From NCBI RefSeq assembly GCF_902652985.1, contig NC_047021.1, positions 32,860,001-32,924,000 of the forward strand: a stretch of 64,000 nucleotides of DNA, read 5' to 3'. Below are positions 48,701-62,833 of this stretch, in pieces. The translations under genes were made by a program, and so were the position numbers. Positions within the stretch are counted from its first letter, which is position 1; every line of letters begins with the position of its first letter. Origin of the DNA: Pecten maximus. Taxonomy: Eukaryota. The notes under the pieces were generated by a model. It made no database searches and had not been told where the DNA came from. It saw only the letters and a program-made list of their open reading frames with translations.

Positions 48701-50820
48701 ATGAATTTCACTTTCATAGTTACCTTTTTTTCCAGGCAGAGTTCTGTATCTATTTTGTACGAATTAATTTCATTTCTTAGCTTTATCGTCTAAATATTCA
48801 CTAACACATTTTGTAGGTGACTTCGTGCACAATCAATATCTCGAATACCTGCTACAGAAGAGTGAGGCCAGGCTATCGTTAGAGCAAGACGTAAGTTATT
48901 TATCATACACATAATTTGTGCCTTCTAAAAAAAAAAAAAAAAAAAATCCCTAAAACAGCAAAACAAAACAAAACTGTAAAACAGAAGAAAAAAAAGAACA
49001 AAAAATGATTCCGGGGTGCCGGTAGTTCATCCTGTGCGTCTGCCTCGTGCAACATAACACGTGATCAGCGTTTTTATAGTTCAGTGACTCTAGTCACCAA
49101 TTGACTAAACTATCAATTCACAGTCAAATTTAAACCAGGTCTGTTATGCATTTTCTTCTAACTTCTCATGAAGAGAATTTGCGGATAAAACGTTATATTT
49201 AGGTGTAGTTTGAAGAATGTCTATAGAATATGTTCACTTCAAATTTGATTTTAATTTTACCACAGCAAGAACTCTGATAGAGTAGACAATATTTTTCTCG
49301 CGTCTAGAGAACAGTGACATTTTTGGGGTAAAAACATTATCTTTAGATGAATGTTTAGAATTTGTGTGTTTACGACATTGGTAAAACGTTTTGCAATGCA
49401 GCGATATATTTACACATTGTTGTAGGTATATAGAGGTTGGTAATATCTTGTACTAACATGAAAGTTTCTTTGATAGCTTCTATGAAAAAATAGACATTTA
49501 GTGATTGCCGGAGTTTGCTTATAGATTGCATGAACCTTTCTGACAAATGTTATTATATATTAAACTTATGGGTTGTACTGTAACCAGGTACATCTACTGA
49601 AGTAAAACTCGATTCATGTATATAAAAACTTTATTTTTGAACGGTTCCCTTTTATTTTAACTTTCATGAGAAAGCGATTTTCGTTGGTGATTAAGGATTG
49701 AATCCCTTACATATCCACAAACCTGCATGTATTACATCAGTGCAGTGGACCTGAGAAGTTCTGATTCTCACACAATATAAACAATATTTCATAGCTCTCT
49801 ACATTGTCATAGAAGCACCAACATAGTATAGGATTTCGGGGGAAATGATTATCAGTTATTTCATTCTTCGCTTTAATCCAGCTAAGTGTCTACGGGGCAA
49901 CCTTGACCGAGTTCTCTGTGCCTGACAATCCGTCCACAGACACACCACGACCAGGGGACGAGAGCGGTGCAACATCAATCTTCGCTCAACACTTTGGCCT
50001 CTTTCTTACGGTCATCATTCTGTCGAGCTTTGTGGCGTGTGCTGGTGTGATTGCCATGATATATCTTCGGAACAAGGCGAGGACAGGGATGTGGTACTGT
50101 CCATCTGGTACTCGCTACGCTAAACAAGTATGTATTCTACTTATCATTTCCATCTGGTCAGTGACCTATTTGAAATCAAATGACTATGATTTCGTCGGAT
50201 ATCCGAAAAGTGCATCAATGATTTTGCAGATTTGATCTCCTTAAATGGCTTTGGTATTGATTCAAGAACATTTTCTAAAATATTTTGAATAAGGTTTTAG
50301 TCTCTCTCTGAAATTGTTCATTGTTTCATAGTAGCTCTTTACTTCCGTTAAGAATACAGATTTTCTTCTGTCCTTTAGCGTGAGATTGAAAGCAATCTTC
50401 CATGTTCAGCTTGAAATTGTTAGTTGGTACTCATGGTTTAGCTCGCTATTACTCGTATGAAATATGATATTACAAATATGTCGAATAAATGAAGCTTAAA
50501 CACAGAATGCGATACTCCTACTGTATGTCCTTTTGACATTGTGTTGTATCTCTCCTCAGTTGGAGCGCACCTTACTGACCAAAACTACAAACTGGCGGGT
50601 AGGTCACATGACCAATCCCATTCCAGACGTCGACATACTCCACGGCGAGGACCCAATGACTGAGACCACCGAAGAAGAAAATAGCAGTCACCGCGCGTCG
50701 TGCACAGGTGACAGGACAAGCAGAGAGGGCAGCTGTCCTGAAGTTGATACATGGGTGGTCCCCCTTGGAGATGGAATGGACGAAGGACTAGCAGACGAAG
50801 AGTATGACACGCGTCTGTAA
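39775..50820 (+). CDS. Type I membrane sialomucin: signal peptide, UMOD/GP2/OIT3-like D8C domain, small Cys module, S/T mucin stalk, SEA-like region, TM helix, podocalyxin/CD34-like tail; about 914 aa if the +1 frameshift near 47340 is corrected. Exons 39775-39835, 42248-42292, 42719-42870, 43256-43481, 45012-45173, 45966-46046, 46397-47626, 48384-48591, 48817-48890, 49882-50127, 50560-50820
   Basis: All junctions are GT-AG and phase-compatible. D8C motifs CD..IQEGWYR..LPTTCV..CG..MWL..CC..VHNCGNYFVYWLRP..C..GYC; TM helix FGLFLTVIILSSFVACAGVIAMIYL; C-terminus DTWVVPL..DEEYDTRL. Confidence 0.82.
43755..44728. repeat. 26-bp quasi-palindromic satellite (GACAATAAATCATGAATTGTCGTATA), about 37 copies, with 23-bp variants
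   Basis: TCATGA recurs at 43861, 43887 and 43913. Confidence 0.97.
45555..45806. repeat. 66-bp T-rich tandem repeat, about 3.7 copies
   Basis: Direct repetition, seen as 22-aa periodicity in spurious ORFs. Confidence 0.9.
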
Positions 50821-51614
50821 GAACAATGCCAGTACTCCAAAAATACATATCGTCCATACTTAAGGTATAATTCGTATTTGGTATGGAAAGGATGTCACCC
50901 TTCATAAGATGTTAACAGTATGTTCCATTCATAGTTTCCTCGTATTTAAAGAACATGCGTCATATATCATTCAGGGACTATATTCGGGTGACCATTGCGT
51001 TGAGATTATGTACATGTACATGAAAATCGAGTGTTTTTCTATCCATTCTTTGATTAAAATATAGATGAAATCTGCAATAGAAACAGCGTGACAGTATTTT
51101 GAATGATCAACCATATATGTCTTAATTGACCACACAATCAATGAATGATATATACTCAGGAGTTTAAAAAAAATGTGGTTTAATGTTTTAATAAGAATGA
51201 AAGCGTCCCTTCACTTAGACGTGGACTTTTTTGTGGTATCATATAGTGACAGCTGTGGATAGTGCTTAACGACGGCTATACAGAATCTGACTAAGAGTTG
51301 CTTCCCTTGTAATGCAACTTAGTTTGACCTAACCTATGAAACATTAGTACGATTCTCCTTTTCGAATACTGAATTTACCAGCTTCGTATACCAGTGTATA
51401 ATTCACGAAAGAATATTTTGACATAACTTGGTTTAGAATTTGATCTCCTGAAATGGGTTTGATATTGATTCAAGAAAAATTTCTGAAATATTTTGAATAA
51501 GAATTTAGTCTCTCTATGATATTGTTCATTGCTAATTTGTAGTTCTTCACTTCCGTTAAGAGCGCGGGGTTTCTTCTGTCCTTAAGCGTAAGATTGAAAA
51601 CAATCTCCCATGTT
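50230..51614. repeat. Diverged direct repeat of about 175 bp (50230-50405 and 51438-51614) flanking the last coding exon
   Basis: ATTTGATCTCCT..AAATATTTTGAATAAG..ACTTCCGTTAAGA..TTCTTCTGTCCTT..CCATGTT is present twice. Confidence 0.85.
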
Positions 51615-52394
51615 TATCAAACTTGATAATACCACATAATAAGTGTATCAAGCACAGCTGTTTAAGATTATCTGACTATAATTTTACTATTTTATATTTT
51701 TTATTGTGATGCCAAAATTCATTTATTTTACATCATGAGTGTTTTTTATTAGAATAGTATTATCCCCAAAACATAAAGAATATAACCTTTACTATATTAC
51801 TGTTAATGTTTTATTTGCATATTCATAAACAAATTATTCTAAATCAAATCAAAACAACTAGATGACATGCCAATATGTTGGGTAAGGTGGACTTAAGAAA
51901 TGTCTTTTCTATCCTTAACTATAAAACCCGATCTTATTTGTAGTTTGACTGTAATTTGGTAATAAATGTTGTCACAAAGTCAAAATCTTAAAGAAAGAAA
52001 CTATCATAAAGTATCAACCCATTGAATACCGAATGTCCATTTAAGAGTATTAAAGATATTAAAGATTTTAATGTATAACGTTGCTCTGTATATAACTGTA
52101 CATGTATATAGTGTAATTTCGTGGATATGTTATCTTAGATAGAAATAATAATCATTGACAACAAAATGTAATTTCAAGTGTTTGACATGCATATTTAAGT
52201 TATTTTAACGTATAATCATATACAATGTATGTATTTAAATATATCAATGGTTGTGCTATTTGTAATCTTCTTTAGAAAGAGACCCCACACACATTCCTTG
52301 AGACTTATTAAATAATTCAGCTGATTCGTGGCTTCATTTGAAGTAACATGGGGGTAACCTAATGGCGGATCTGATAATTGGCAGAATTGGTTAA

Positions 52395-52680
52395 GTATCA
52401 TACTTCTCCAACCAGTGGGGCTCGTCATTAAGATTTATACTTCTCCAACCAGTGGTGCTCGTCATTAAGATTTATACTTCTCCAACCAGTGGTGCTCGTC
52501 ATTAAGGGTCATACTTCTCCAACTAGTAGTGTTTCTCATAAGGATCATACTTCTCCAACTAGTAGTGCTTGTCATAAGGATCATACTTCTCCAACAAGTG
52601 ATGCTTGTCATAAGGGTAATACTTCTCCAACTAGTAGTGCTTGTCATAAGGTTCACACCTCTCCAACCAGTGGTGCCTTG
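52395..52680. repeat. 36/37-bp tandem repeat (ATACTTCTCCAACCAGTGGTGCTCGTCAT..), about 8 copies
   Basis: Directly visible periodicity. Confidence 0.9.
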
Positions 52681-53989
52681 GCTAAGAATTAATGCGTCAG
52701 TCTAACTCTTTTGTGAAGTTGATGTAAAGTAGGTCGGTAAATAATTTATATTATAATACTAAGATGTGGAGTTACTGATAACGATGGATCTTCTATGTTT
52801 ATTCCCCCTTAATATATCTAGCAGTCATGGAATTTGTGATTTTTTTTTATTGATAATGATTTACGACTTTTTATTTTTACGGTAAACTATCGGCTCAGAA
52901 ACTTGTACCTTATGAGGCTTATGTGAAGAATGTACTGACCTAACCTAGCTTATTCTGACAATGATTTTGTTGTACGGAAAACTGGAGAGAAAAACAGATA
53001 TATAATATAGAGTAAATTAAAGATGCTAATTTTGTTGTATATCTTTATGCATTACCAAATTTACGTATTTTTCTATATGACATCCTCCAAAAGTTTTAAG
53101 CTTCCAATTTTAGCTTTTAACTTTAGGTGGATGAATAATTATTTGCAATCTGAAGAAATGTTATCTGTTTTCTGTATTGAGCTTTGGGTTCTATAACCGA
53201 TCACTTTTAGGATGCGGTTTACACGTTGATTTATTAGATATATTCAAAAACCGTGAGTGCCATTTTATTTTTTTGTGAGAAGCAGTTGATACGCTGTCAC
53301 AGATGTGACATCAGTTGGTTATGTTCCCATCTTTGTTTTTATATCTGAATTTCCATGTTCACTTAAAATGGTTTTGTTTTACAAATTGCAAAAGTTGGAC
53401 TTCTGTTATCACATTTTATAGGAGTGTATTGACTTGGTGACAGACAATATTTATTTTCCTTTCGTATATAAGTAAAGGGAGATAACAAATGCATTCTTTA
53501 ACGCATTGTTCATTCGTAACTACTCCGTACCTTCCAGCATTTCCTTCAACATTCCATCCCAAACCACCCATACATATCGCTAGTTTATGTCCTTAGAAAT
53601 AGATATTACTTTGTAAAACATTGGAAATTTACAACATTTTGTAGTAATAAGGTGAATCTTTTCTTTTTTAATTCAACTCCTCTAGATAAATAACAGAAAA
53701 CTAGACATGTGGTTTAATTGAATCATCAAAATAACGGGCATATTCTTATATTTTGTATTTTATTGTAAACATGTCAGGTAAAACATCGTGATATGTACTC
53801 GTGACTACAGCATTATAATAATAAGGTGTATTTGTTGATAATAAAATATAAATATATTTATTTCTCAGTTATTTGTTTATGATATAGTAATGCATACTTC
53901 AGCAACAGCCAGTCGTAGTTAGTTTGAGTTCTACAAATATCTGTGAACAATTCATACGAACGGATATCAGCATATTACGTCCAGTGCGA

Positions 53990-54615
53990 ATTCATCTGAG
54001 TGGTACTTCATCTAGAGTGGTACTCCTGCTGGAGAGGTAATTCATCTGAGTGGTACTTAATCTGCAGTGGTACTTCATCTGAGTGGTACTTAATCTGCAG
54101 TGGTAGTTCATCTGAGTGGTACTTCATCTGAGTGGTTCTTCATCTGAAGTGGTACTTCATCTGAGTGGTTCTTCATTTGAAGTGGTACTTCATCTGAGTG
54201 GTACTTCATCTGAAGTGGTATTTTATCTGAGTGGTTCTTCATCCGAGTGGTACTTAATCTGCAGCGGTACTTCATCTGAGTGGTACTTCATCTGAAGTGG
54301 TACTTCATCTGAGTTGTACTTCATCTGAAGTGGTACTTTATCTGAGTGGTACTTCATCTGAGTGGTATTTCATCTGGAGTGGTTCTTCATCTGGAGTGGT
54401 ACTTCATCTGAGTGGTATTTCATCTGAAGTGGTACTTCACCTGGGGTGCTACTTCATCTGAAGTGGTACTTCATCAGGAGTGGTACTTCATCTGAGTGGT
54501 ACTTCATCTGAATGGAACTTCATCTGGAGTGGTACTTCATCTGGTTTTTTTCTTCATCTGAGTGGTACTTCGTTTGCAGTGGTACTTCATCTGGAGTGGT
54601 ACTTCATTTGAAGTG
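53990..54615. repeat. 16/17-bp tandem repeat (AGTGGTACTTCATCTG[A/G])
   Basis: Directly visible periodicity. Confidence 0.93.
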
Positions 54616-55439
54616 CAGTACAGTTGTTTTTAATCAAACGAACAACACATTTACATTCGTAATCAACCATATGTACGGCATAAGTATAATGGTATTCAAT
54701 CAGTACATTATTAATTGTACCTAATCCTGAGTCAAGCACTGTACACTCAAACTTAATCCTGAGTCAAGCACTTTTACAGTCATACTTAATATTAAGTCCA
54801 TAACATTTATAGTGATACCTTATGTGAAGTCATTAACATTTATAGTTATATCTAATCTGAAGTCCATAGCATTTGCAGTAAATCCAGTTCCGTTTATCCA
54901 TATTGCAGTGCAAAATTATTGTGACAACAATTGCCCGGTCCTCCCTGGTGAATAGAGATGATAACACAGCCAAATATTTCACATTTATTTTATTTTCAGA
55001 AGAATTGTTTTTTTTTATTAATACAAGTTTGTACGAAACATTTTTCAAATTACACTTGTTTAAGTTGAAAGTTTATTCAAGCAATGTTTCTACATTTTAC
55101 TAATTACACCGGTATTATGGGGAGAGTTTACATAGGTTGCTGATATACATTGACTTTGTTGATCAAATAAAAATCTTTGTGAAATGTCATACCCAATTGT
55201 TTTCAGCCTTTTCAATAAAATTATTTCTGAAAAGATGTTACAGCGGTTAAAGATTTCATAAAAAAAAAGAAATAAACCTTTTTCAATCGATGATACTGAT
55301 GATCTAATCTTTTCAAATATGTTCAATTGCCGCTTTTTGCTGGAAACAAAGGCATAAACAAACACAACCAGACAGTTTCAAAAAATGTGATTCTTCGCAT
55401 AGAAAGCAATTACCCTTGTAACACAAATATATACCTAAA

Positions 55440-58400
55440 AGACCGATTATTTCATTCCAAATATACTCAGTTTCTTTAATGCAAAACTAATTGTATCTAT
55501 AAATGCAACTGAGAATATCTTTTCAAACATGCCCAGTTTCTTTATTAAACCCTTTGAGATCAAAACAAAACCGATCAAATGTTCTAAAACATGTACACTT
55601 TCCTTAAATGACAATTTCATATTAATAACAAACCGATCATATCTTTTCAAAGATGCTTAGTTTTTTCAATTAACATTTTCATATTAAAATAAAACTGATC
55701 ATGTCTTTTCAAACATGTTCAGTTTCTTTGATAAACAATATCACATCAAAACTAAACCGATCATTATACTTTCAAGTGTTCGGTTCTTTTAATAAACTCT
55801 TTCATATAAAAATAAAACTGATCATATCTTTTCAGACATGTTCAGTTTCCTCATTTAGCAATATCACATATCATACAGAAATAAAACCGATCATATCTTT
55901 TCAGACATGTTCAGTTTCTTTAATAAACAATAGCACATCAAAACTAAACCGATCATTACTTTTCAAGTGTTCGGCTCCTTTAATAAACGATTTCATATAA
56001 AAATCAAACCGATCATTACTTTTCAAGTGTTCGGCTCCTTTAAAAAACGATTTCATATAAAAATCAAACCGATCATATCTTTTCAAACATGTTCAGTTTC
56101 TTTTATACTAGTACACAATATCACATAAAAACTAAACCGATCATTACTTTTCAAGTGTTCGGTTCCTTTAATAAACGATTTGATATAAAAATAAAACTGA
56201 TCGTTTATTTTCAGACATGTTAAGTTTCTTTATTTAACAATATCACATCATATAGAAATAAAACCGATCATATCCTTTCAAACATGTTCAGTTTCTTTAA
56301 TAAACAATATCATATCAAAACTAAACCGATCATTACTTTTCAAGTATTCGGTTCCTTTAATAAACGATATCATATCATAATAAAACTGATCATATCTTTT
56401 CAGACATGTTCAGTTACTTAATAAACAATATCACATTAAAACTGAACCGATCATTACTTTTCAAGTGTTCAGTTCCTTTAAAAAACGATTTCATACAAAA
56501 ATAAAACCGATCATATCTTTTCAAGCATGTTCAGTTTCTTTAATACTAGTTAACAGTATCACTTCAAAACTAAACCGATAATTACTTTTCAAGTGTTCGA
56601 TTCCTTTAAAAAACGATTCCATATCAAAATAAAACTGATCATATCTTTTCAGACATGTTCAATTTCTTTAATTAACAATATCACAAAATATAGAAATAAA
56701 ACCGATCTTATCTTTTCAAGCATGTTCACTTTCTTTAATAAACAACACACATCAAAACTAAACCGATCATTACTTTTCAAGTGTTCGGCTCCTTTAATAA
56801 ACGATTTCATACAAAAATAAAACCGATCATATCTTTTCAAGCATGTTCAGTTTCTTAATAAACAATATCACATTAAAACTGAACCGATCATTACTTTTCA
56901 AGTGTTCGGTTCCTTTAAAAAACGATTTCATATAAAGATAAAACCGATCATATCTTTTCAAGCATGTTCAGTTTCTTTAATATTAGTAAACAATATCACA
57001 TCAAAACCAAACCGATCATTACTTTTCAAGCGTTCGGTTCCTTAAAAAACGATTTCATATAAAAATAAAACTGATCATATCTTTTCAAACATGTTCGGTT
57101 TCTTTGATAAACGCTTTGACATCAAAACTAAACCGATCAAATGTTTTCAAAGATGTACACTTTCCTTAAATAACAATTCAATATAAAAATAAAACCGACC
57201 CTATCGTTCAAAGATGCTTAGTTTTTCAATTAATATATTCATATCAAAATATTTAACAATATCACATCATATAGAAATAAAACTGACCATTTCTTTTCAA
57301 ACATGTTCAGTTTCTTAATAAACAACACACATCAAAACTAAAGCGATCATTACTTTTCAAATATGCTCGGTTCTTTTAATAAACTCTTTCATATAAAAAT
57401 AAAACCGATCATATCTTTTCAAACATGTTCAGTTTCTTTAATAAACAATAGCACATCAAAACTAAACCAATCATTACTTTTCAAGTGTTCGGTTTCTTTA
57501 ATAAACGATTTCATATAAAAATAAAACTGATCATATCTTTTCAAACATGTTCGGTTTCTTTGATAAACGCTTTGACATCAAAACTAAACCGATCAAATAT
57601 TTTGAAACATGTACACTTTCCTTAAATAACAATTGCATATAAAAATAAAACAATAAAACTGAGCATATCTTTTCAAACATGTTCAATTTCTTAAATAAAC
57701 GATATTACATCATATAGAAATAAAACCGAACATATCTTTTCAAACATGTTCTGTTCTTTAATAAACGCTTTGACATCAAAACTAAACTGATAAAATGTTT
57801 TCAAACACGTACACTTTCTTCAATTAACAATTCCATATACAAATAAAACCGATCATAGCTTTTCAAACATGTCCTGTTTCTTTAATAAACAATATCACAT
57901 CAAAAATAAACCGATCATTACTTTTCAAACATCCTCAGTTTCTTTAATAATCGATTTTATGTAAAAACAAAACTTATCATATCTATTCATACATATTTTT
58001 AACTTTTTGGAACTGACCATATCTTTTCTGACATGTCCAGTATCCTTAACTAATTATTCATATCATACGTATCAAAGCAAAACCGATTGTATTGTTTTTC
58101 AAACCTACTTCGTCTCTTTAATCAACAAGGTTTTGTAAATGATACAAATGTACTTACGAATATAATTAAACATTTGAGTGTGATGTTAAATGAAGTAAAT
58201 TGTCAAACGGAATGAAGGTGGAGCATAGGACACAGACTAGGAATAACCATATAACACGTAAACTCCAATTCGTCCAAGGCGTTATAATGATCATTAATAC
58301 GTTTAGGAAGCTTGAGCAAAATCCCTCAAAGTATAAAGCCAGTTGTTCTAAAAATAGAAACGATGACCTTGATTCTGTCCACATGATGCTGAAACTCGAA

Positions 58401-60600
58401 CTCGTCATAGACATTATTATGGACCTTAATACGTTTGTGAATCTTACTCAAAATCCCCCAAAGAATAAAGCGACTAGTTCCAATAATAGTAACGATGACC
58501 TTGATCTTTACCATGAAATGCTGAAACTCGAACTCGTCTCAGTTAGTACACTTTTTTTCCAGTAGGATCGTTGTAGCACTGGGTGTTACTTATGAACACA
58601 GGTACGAGAACACTCAATCTTCAAGTCGCGAGAAAGATAATAATGCCATTTACAGACACAAACTACAGATCAAACTTTTCAAACATGGCTGTCATTTTTA
58701 AGTGCTTCATATCAAAACATAACGGATCCTATCAAACCTGATAAGTTTTCTTAACGAAATATATTATCTTTTAAATATTTATCTTTTCAAGCTTGTTCAG
58801 TTTCCTAAATATATAGATACATGACTTAAAATGTCGTTAAAGCTGGTATTTTTTAAAACATATACTATATTCAGTTTCTATATTACTTGTTTTCAATTAA
58901 ACCCGACCGGTTCTTTTCAAATATGTAATGTTTCTTTAATCAAAATTATTCCTAGAAATAGAACCGGTCATATCTTTTCGAATGCTGTTTTGTTAACGAT
59001 TCCAAAACAAGAATAATGTGACTCGGAACACTATACGTCCATCCCGTGTCAAAAAGAAGAGTATTATCATATCATGTGGAAATTTGTATAACCAAAATGC
59101 CACTAAGAAAGTATAATTTCATGTTGTAGTCGAAAACGATTGAAGGTGAGGATCTACAATGAATAACAGTTAAGGTCGATAACAAAAATAGTCGAATCAC
59201 AATACCATACCACAAAACACCAGTAAATACATTTACCATGATAATAGAGCTTGAAAGACATTCGTTAGCGACTGTAGGAAGAGATCACGAGACAAAAATC
59301 AAATACTGAAATAAACAAATGGTAAAGATATTTGTAACCATAGTCTAATCAAATGCCACTCAGGCCAAAACAACTTATCATCATGATAATAACGCATACT
59401 AAGTTTCAAAATGATCAGTAAAAAATGTCGAACCTCTCCGGACAGAATGTTAAATACTGAAATAAACAAAGGGTAATACATTTTGCAAAAATGATTGAAT
59501 CAAAATTCCATGCTGTTATTTATCATTGCAACTAGTTTCAAAGAGATCGATTGAAAAATGGAGATATCTAAAAAACAAAATCAAATACTGAAATAAACAA
59601 ATGGTAACAACATTTACCAACCCAGTCGAACCAAACTGCTACTCCGGGAAACATAACTCCATATCATGATATAAATCATTAAGATCAAAACAAGATCGAT
59701 CGAAATGTAGGAGATCTCAAGATGAAGAAAACTGTATGCCGAACGGATGAATGGAAGGAATAAAGGACTTAACCGATCATATATTTTCAAACAAGCCCGG
59801 TTCCATTAATCAATAATAATATTTTAAATAAAACCGATCATATCTTTTCAAACAAGCTCATTTCTATAATCAATATCGATACTTCAAATCAAATCGATCA
59901 TATATTTTTAAATAAATATATTCAATATATATATTTCAAATAGAACAGATTACATATTTTCAAACATGTTCAATTTCTTTAGTCAATTATTGTACTTAAA
60001 ATAGTGTTCAATTCTCTTAATAAACAAATGTATTAAAAAATAGGACATATGTCCTTTAAAATATATTCAAGTTCTTTATCAATAATTATATTTACAGATA
60101 GAATCTACCATATTTTAAAACATTTTCAGTGCCATTCATTGAATGTTTACTGTATCAAAAAAAATAGAGCCAATTATATCTTTTCAAACATTTTCATTTC
60201 CCTCAATCAATAATTTTATTTACAAATATAATCTACCATATTTTTTCAAACATGCTCAATTCCTTTAATCACTAATTACATTTACAAAATATAACCGTTT
60301 ATATCGTTTCAAACATGCTCAGTTCCATTGATGACTAGCTATATTTACAAATAAACCTTCCATATTCTTCTCAAATATGCTCAGTTATATAAATGTATAA
60401 TTATATCATATTTTTTGTCAAGCATGCTCTATTTCCTAATTAACAATTTCACGTAAAATGAAACCGATCATATCTTTTAAACATGTACAGTTCCCTTTAT
60501 CGACGACTTCACGAAAAAATCAAACCAATTATGTCTTTGAAACATATTCAGTTTCCTTAATTATTTACTTCAGACATATACAGAAATGGTCATAACTGTT
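55440..60600. repeat. About 60-62-bp AT-rich satellite (AAACCGATCA..TTTTCAA..TGTTC) with alternating A/B monomers, decaying outward and interrupted at about 58100-58660 and 59000-59750
   Basis: Period 60 at 55921 and 55981. Units alternate between TATCTTTTCAAACATGTTCAG and TTACTTTTCAAGTGTTCGG. Confidence 0.88.
58290..58640 (+). repeat. Fragment of GACCTTGA-motif dispersed repeat (two units of about 130 bp)
   Basis: CAAAATCCC..AACGATGACCTTGAT..ATGCTGAAACTCGAACTCGTC is duplicated. Confidence 0.65.
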
Positions 60601-60631
<31 letters not shown>

Positions 60632-62662
60632 TACGCTATGTTAGATAGGGATTGGAAGGGATTTGGTGACATTTACAGATGAATAAAAATGATCATTACT
60701 TTTCAGAAAATGTTCCATTAATCTATCTATTTCATTTACACCTAATCTGTATACAAAAATCATATATAATCATGACCAATAATATCATAAGAGATATGTC
60801 CAGAGTTATACAGTTTTATGGAATTCATGTATAATCACAACCATTAATATCATTAGAAACATATTCAGTAACTATACATAAACAGAAGTAAGATTATTTT
60901 CACTGCCCAGTCCTATAATTCGCATCTCTATGTATATATGCAAACGCAACGTATCATATATGTACAAACATGTTCAGTTCCTATAATTTGAACACAACTT
61001 ATCATATGTCTACAAGTTTTTACAAATGCGAGTATTTCTGTTCTAATATGTACTTTGATTTTCAATCTACAAACAAAATGAAAAGTGAATTATTTTGTAC
61101 ATATATGTAGTATGTATACATCACTTCATATAGGTTCAGTGTGTTTGATGAAGTCATACACTTATCACAATTTATATGATATATATATATACACAGCGAT
61201 ATCGCTAATAACACTGATGGTATACATGTATATGCATTAGAACGTATCTAGCGATGTTTAGAATATGTAACACATAACACATATAAACACAATCGATAAT
61301 AGCATTAGGAGCATTTTGAGTTTCTATAGATGGCATATACAAACACAGCTGGTGATATTTTTGACAAAATTTTCAGTTTCTAAAATTGGCAAATTAACAT
61401 ACAAACACAACTGGTGATGAATTTTTTTTTTTACCAAACTGATCAGTTTCTACACTTGGCAAATATATGTTTAAAAGAACAACGAATTATATCTTTATAA
61501 ACATGTTTAGTTTCAATAATAGACAAAACATTCATCAATGAATATAATTTATAATAACATCTTAAAATATTCAGTTTCTACATCGTGAAAAACCTTGATT
61601 ATAAAGTTGATTATATCTTCCCAAAATTCTTGTTCTCTTTTTAGACTTTAAAAAAAAGGACGATTTCATCAGCAATAGCAAATTGTTTTTTCATATATCT
61701 GTTAAAATATGTTCATTCTCTTTGATGAAATCATACACTTATCATGATGTATACATATATATATATCTACACAGGTAGCGTTATCACAAATATTACCATT
61801 GATGGTATGTACGCAATAAAAAGTATCTAGTGACATGTCATTCCACATTGACTATTTACATTATTACTCTGTAACATCCATTACTCAACTGAACAAATAA
61901 TCTCACACTCAAACAGAAAAAAATATATCAAAATAAAATGTAAAAAGAATAACTTGGTCATACATATATATTGACTAGCATTGTGATACATACTAATTTA
62001 ATAGGTTTGGCTGTTGGACAAATAATGATTAATAAACAAATCTTATGAAATATGTCATATTTACAATAAAGATACGCTATGATAAAAATGGTGAAATACA
62101 ATACAGTGCAGAATTTCAGACAGATCAATGAAAGTTTCACAGAAACATGCTGACCATTCAGTAGTCATTAACACAACAAGAAAACACAGACGCTGACTAT
62201 ATTTGGCTATCTACTATTCAGTTGTCACTAACAGAACAAGAAAACATCGACGCATGATTAAATCTGTGTAATTATTACTAAAAAAACATGGACGCCAAAT
62301 ATAAAAAAAAAATCAATATGTTCACGGTAATTATCAAATTCATACACATTATTTATAGTAGAACCAACTGCCATATATATAAACGAAATTCACGTTCTGT
62401 CGCATTCTCTCAATGAAAACCAGGGCAGTCACAACGAAAGCATAAGGCATTCTAGTTAATACGAAAGTATGTACACATGGGAACTATGTATTTCTAAAGG
62501 ATGTAATCTAATGTGAAAATTTTTACCACATTATTTTTTTTACAGAAGACATTGTGTAGAGACATTTCTTACATTGAAACCTTTATATTTTACTGTGGGT
62601 GATAAAGTTAAAACAACAAATTCATTATAAATGAAAATCAGGATTATTAAGAAGCTTACTTA

Positions 62663-62802
62663 GTTTTATCGAAATATTATTTCGTTTTATCGAAATGTTA
62701 CTTCGTTATATCGAACTATTATTTCGTTTTATCGAAATCTTATTTTGTTTTATCGATTTGTTATTCATTTATATCCAAATGATATTTCATTTTATCGAAA
62801 TA
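62663..62802. repeat. 21-bp tandem repeats (GTTTTATCGAAATATTATTTC), probably transposon subterminal repeats
   Basis: Period 21, located immediately upstream of the transposase relic. Confidence 0.8.
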
Positions 62803-62833
62803 CCATTTTGTCTTGATGTCTACCTGTTTTTTC

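Noticed and set aside
55701-58565. Multiple 60-120-aa ORFs
   Set aside because: They are translations of satellite and dispersed-repeat sequence.
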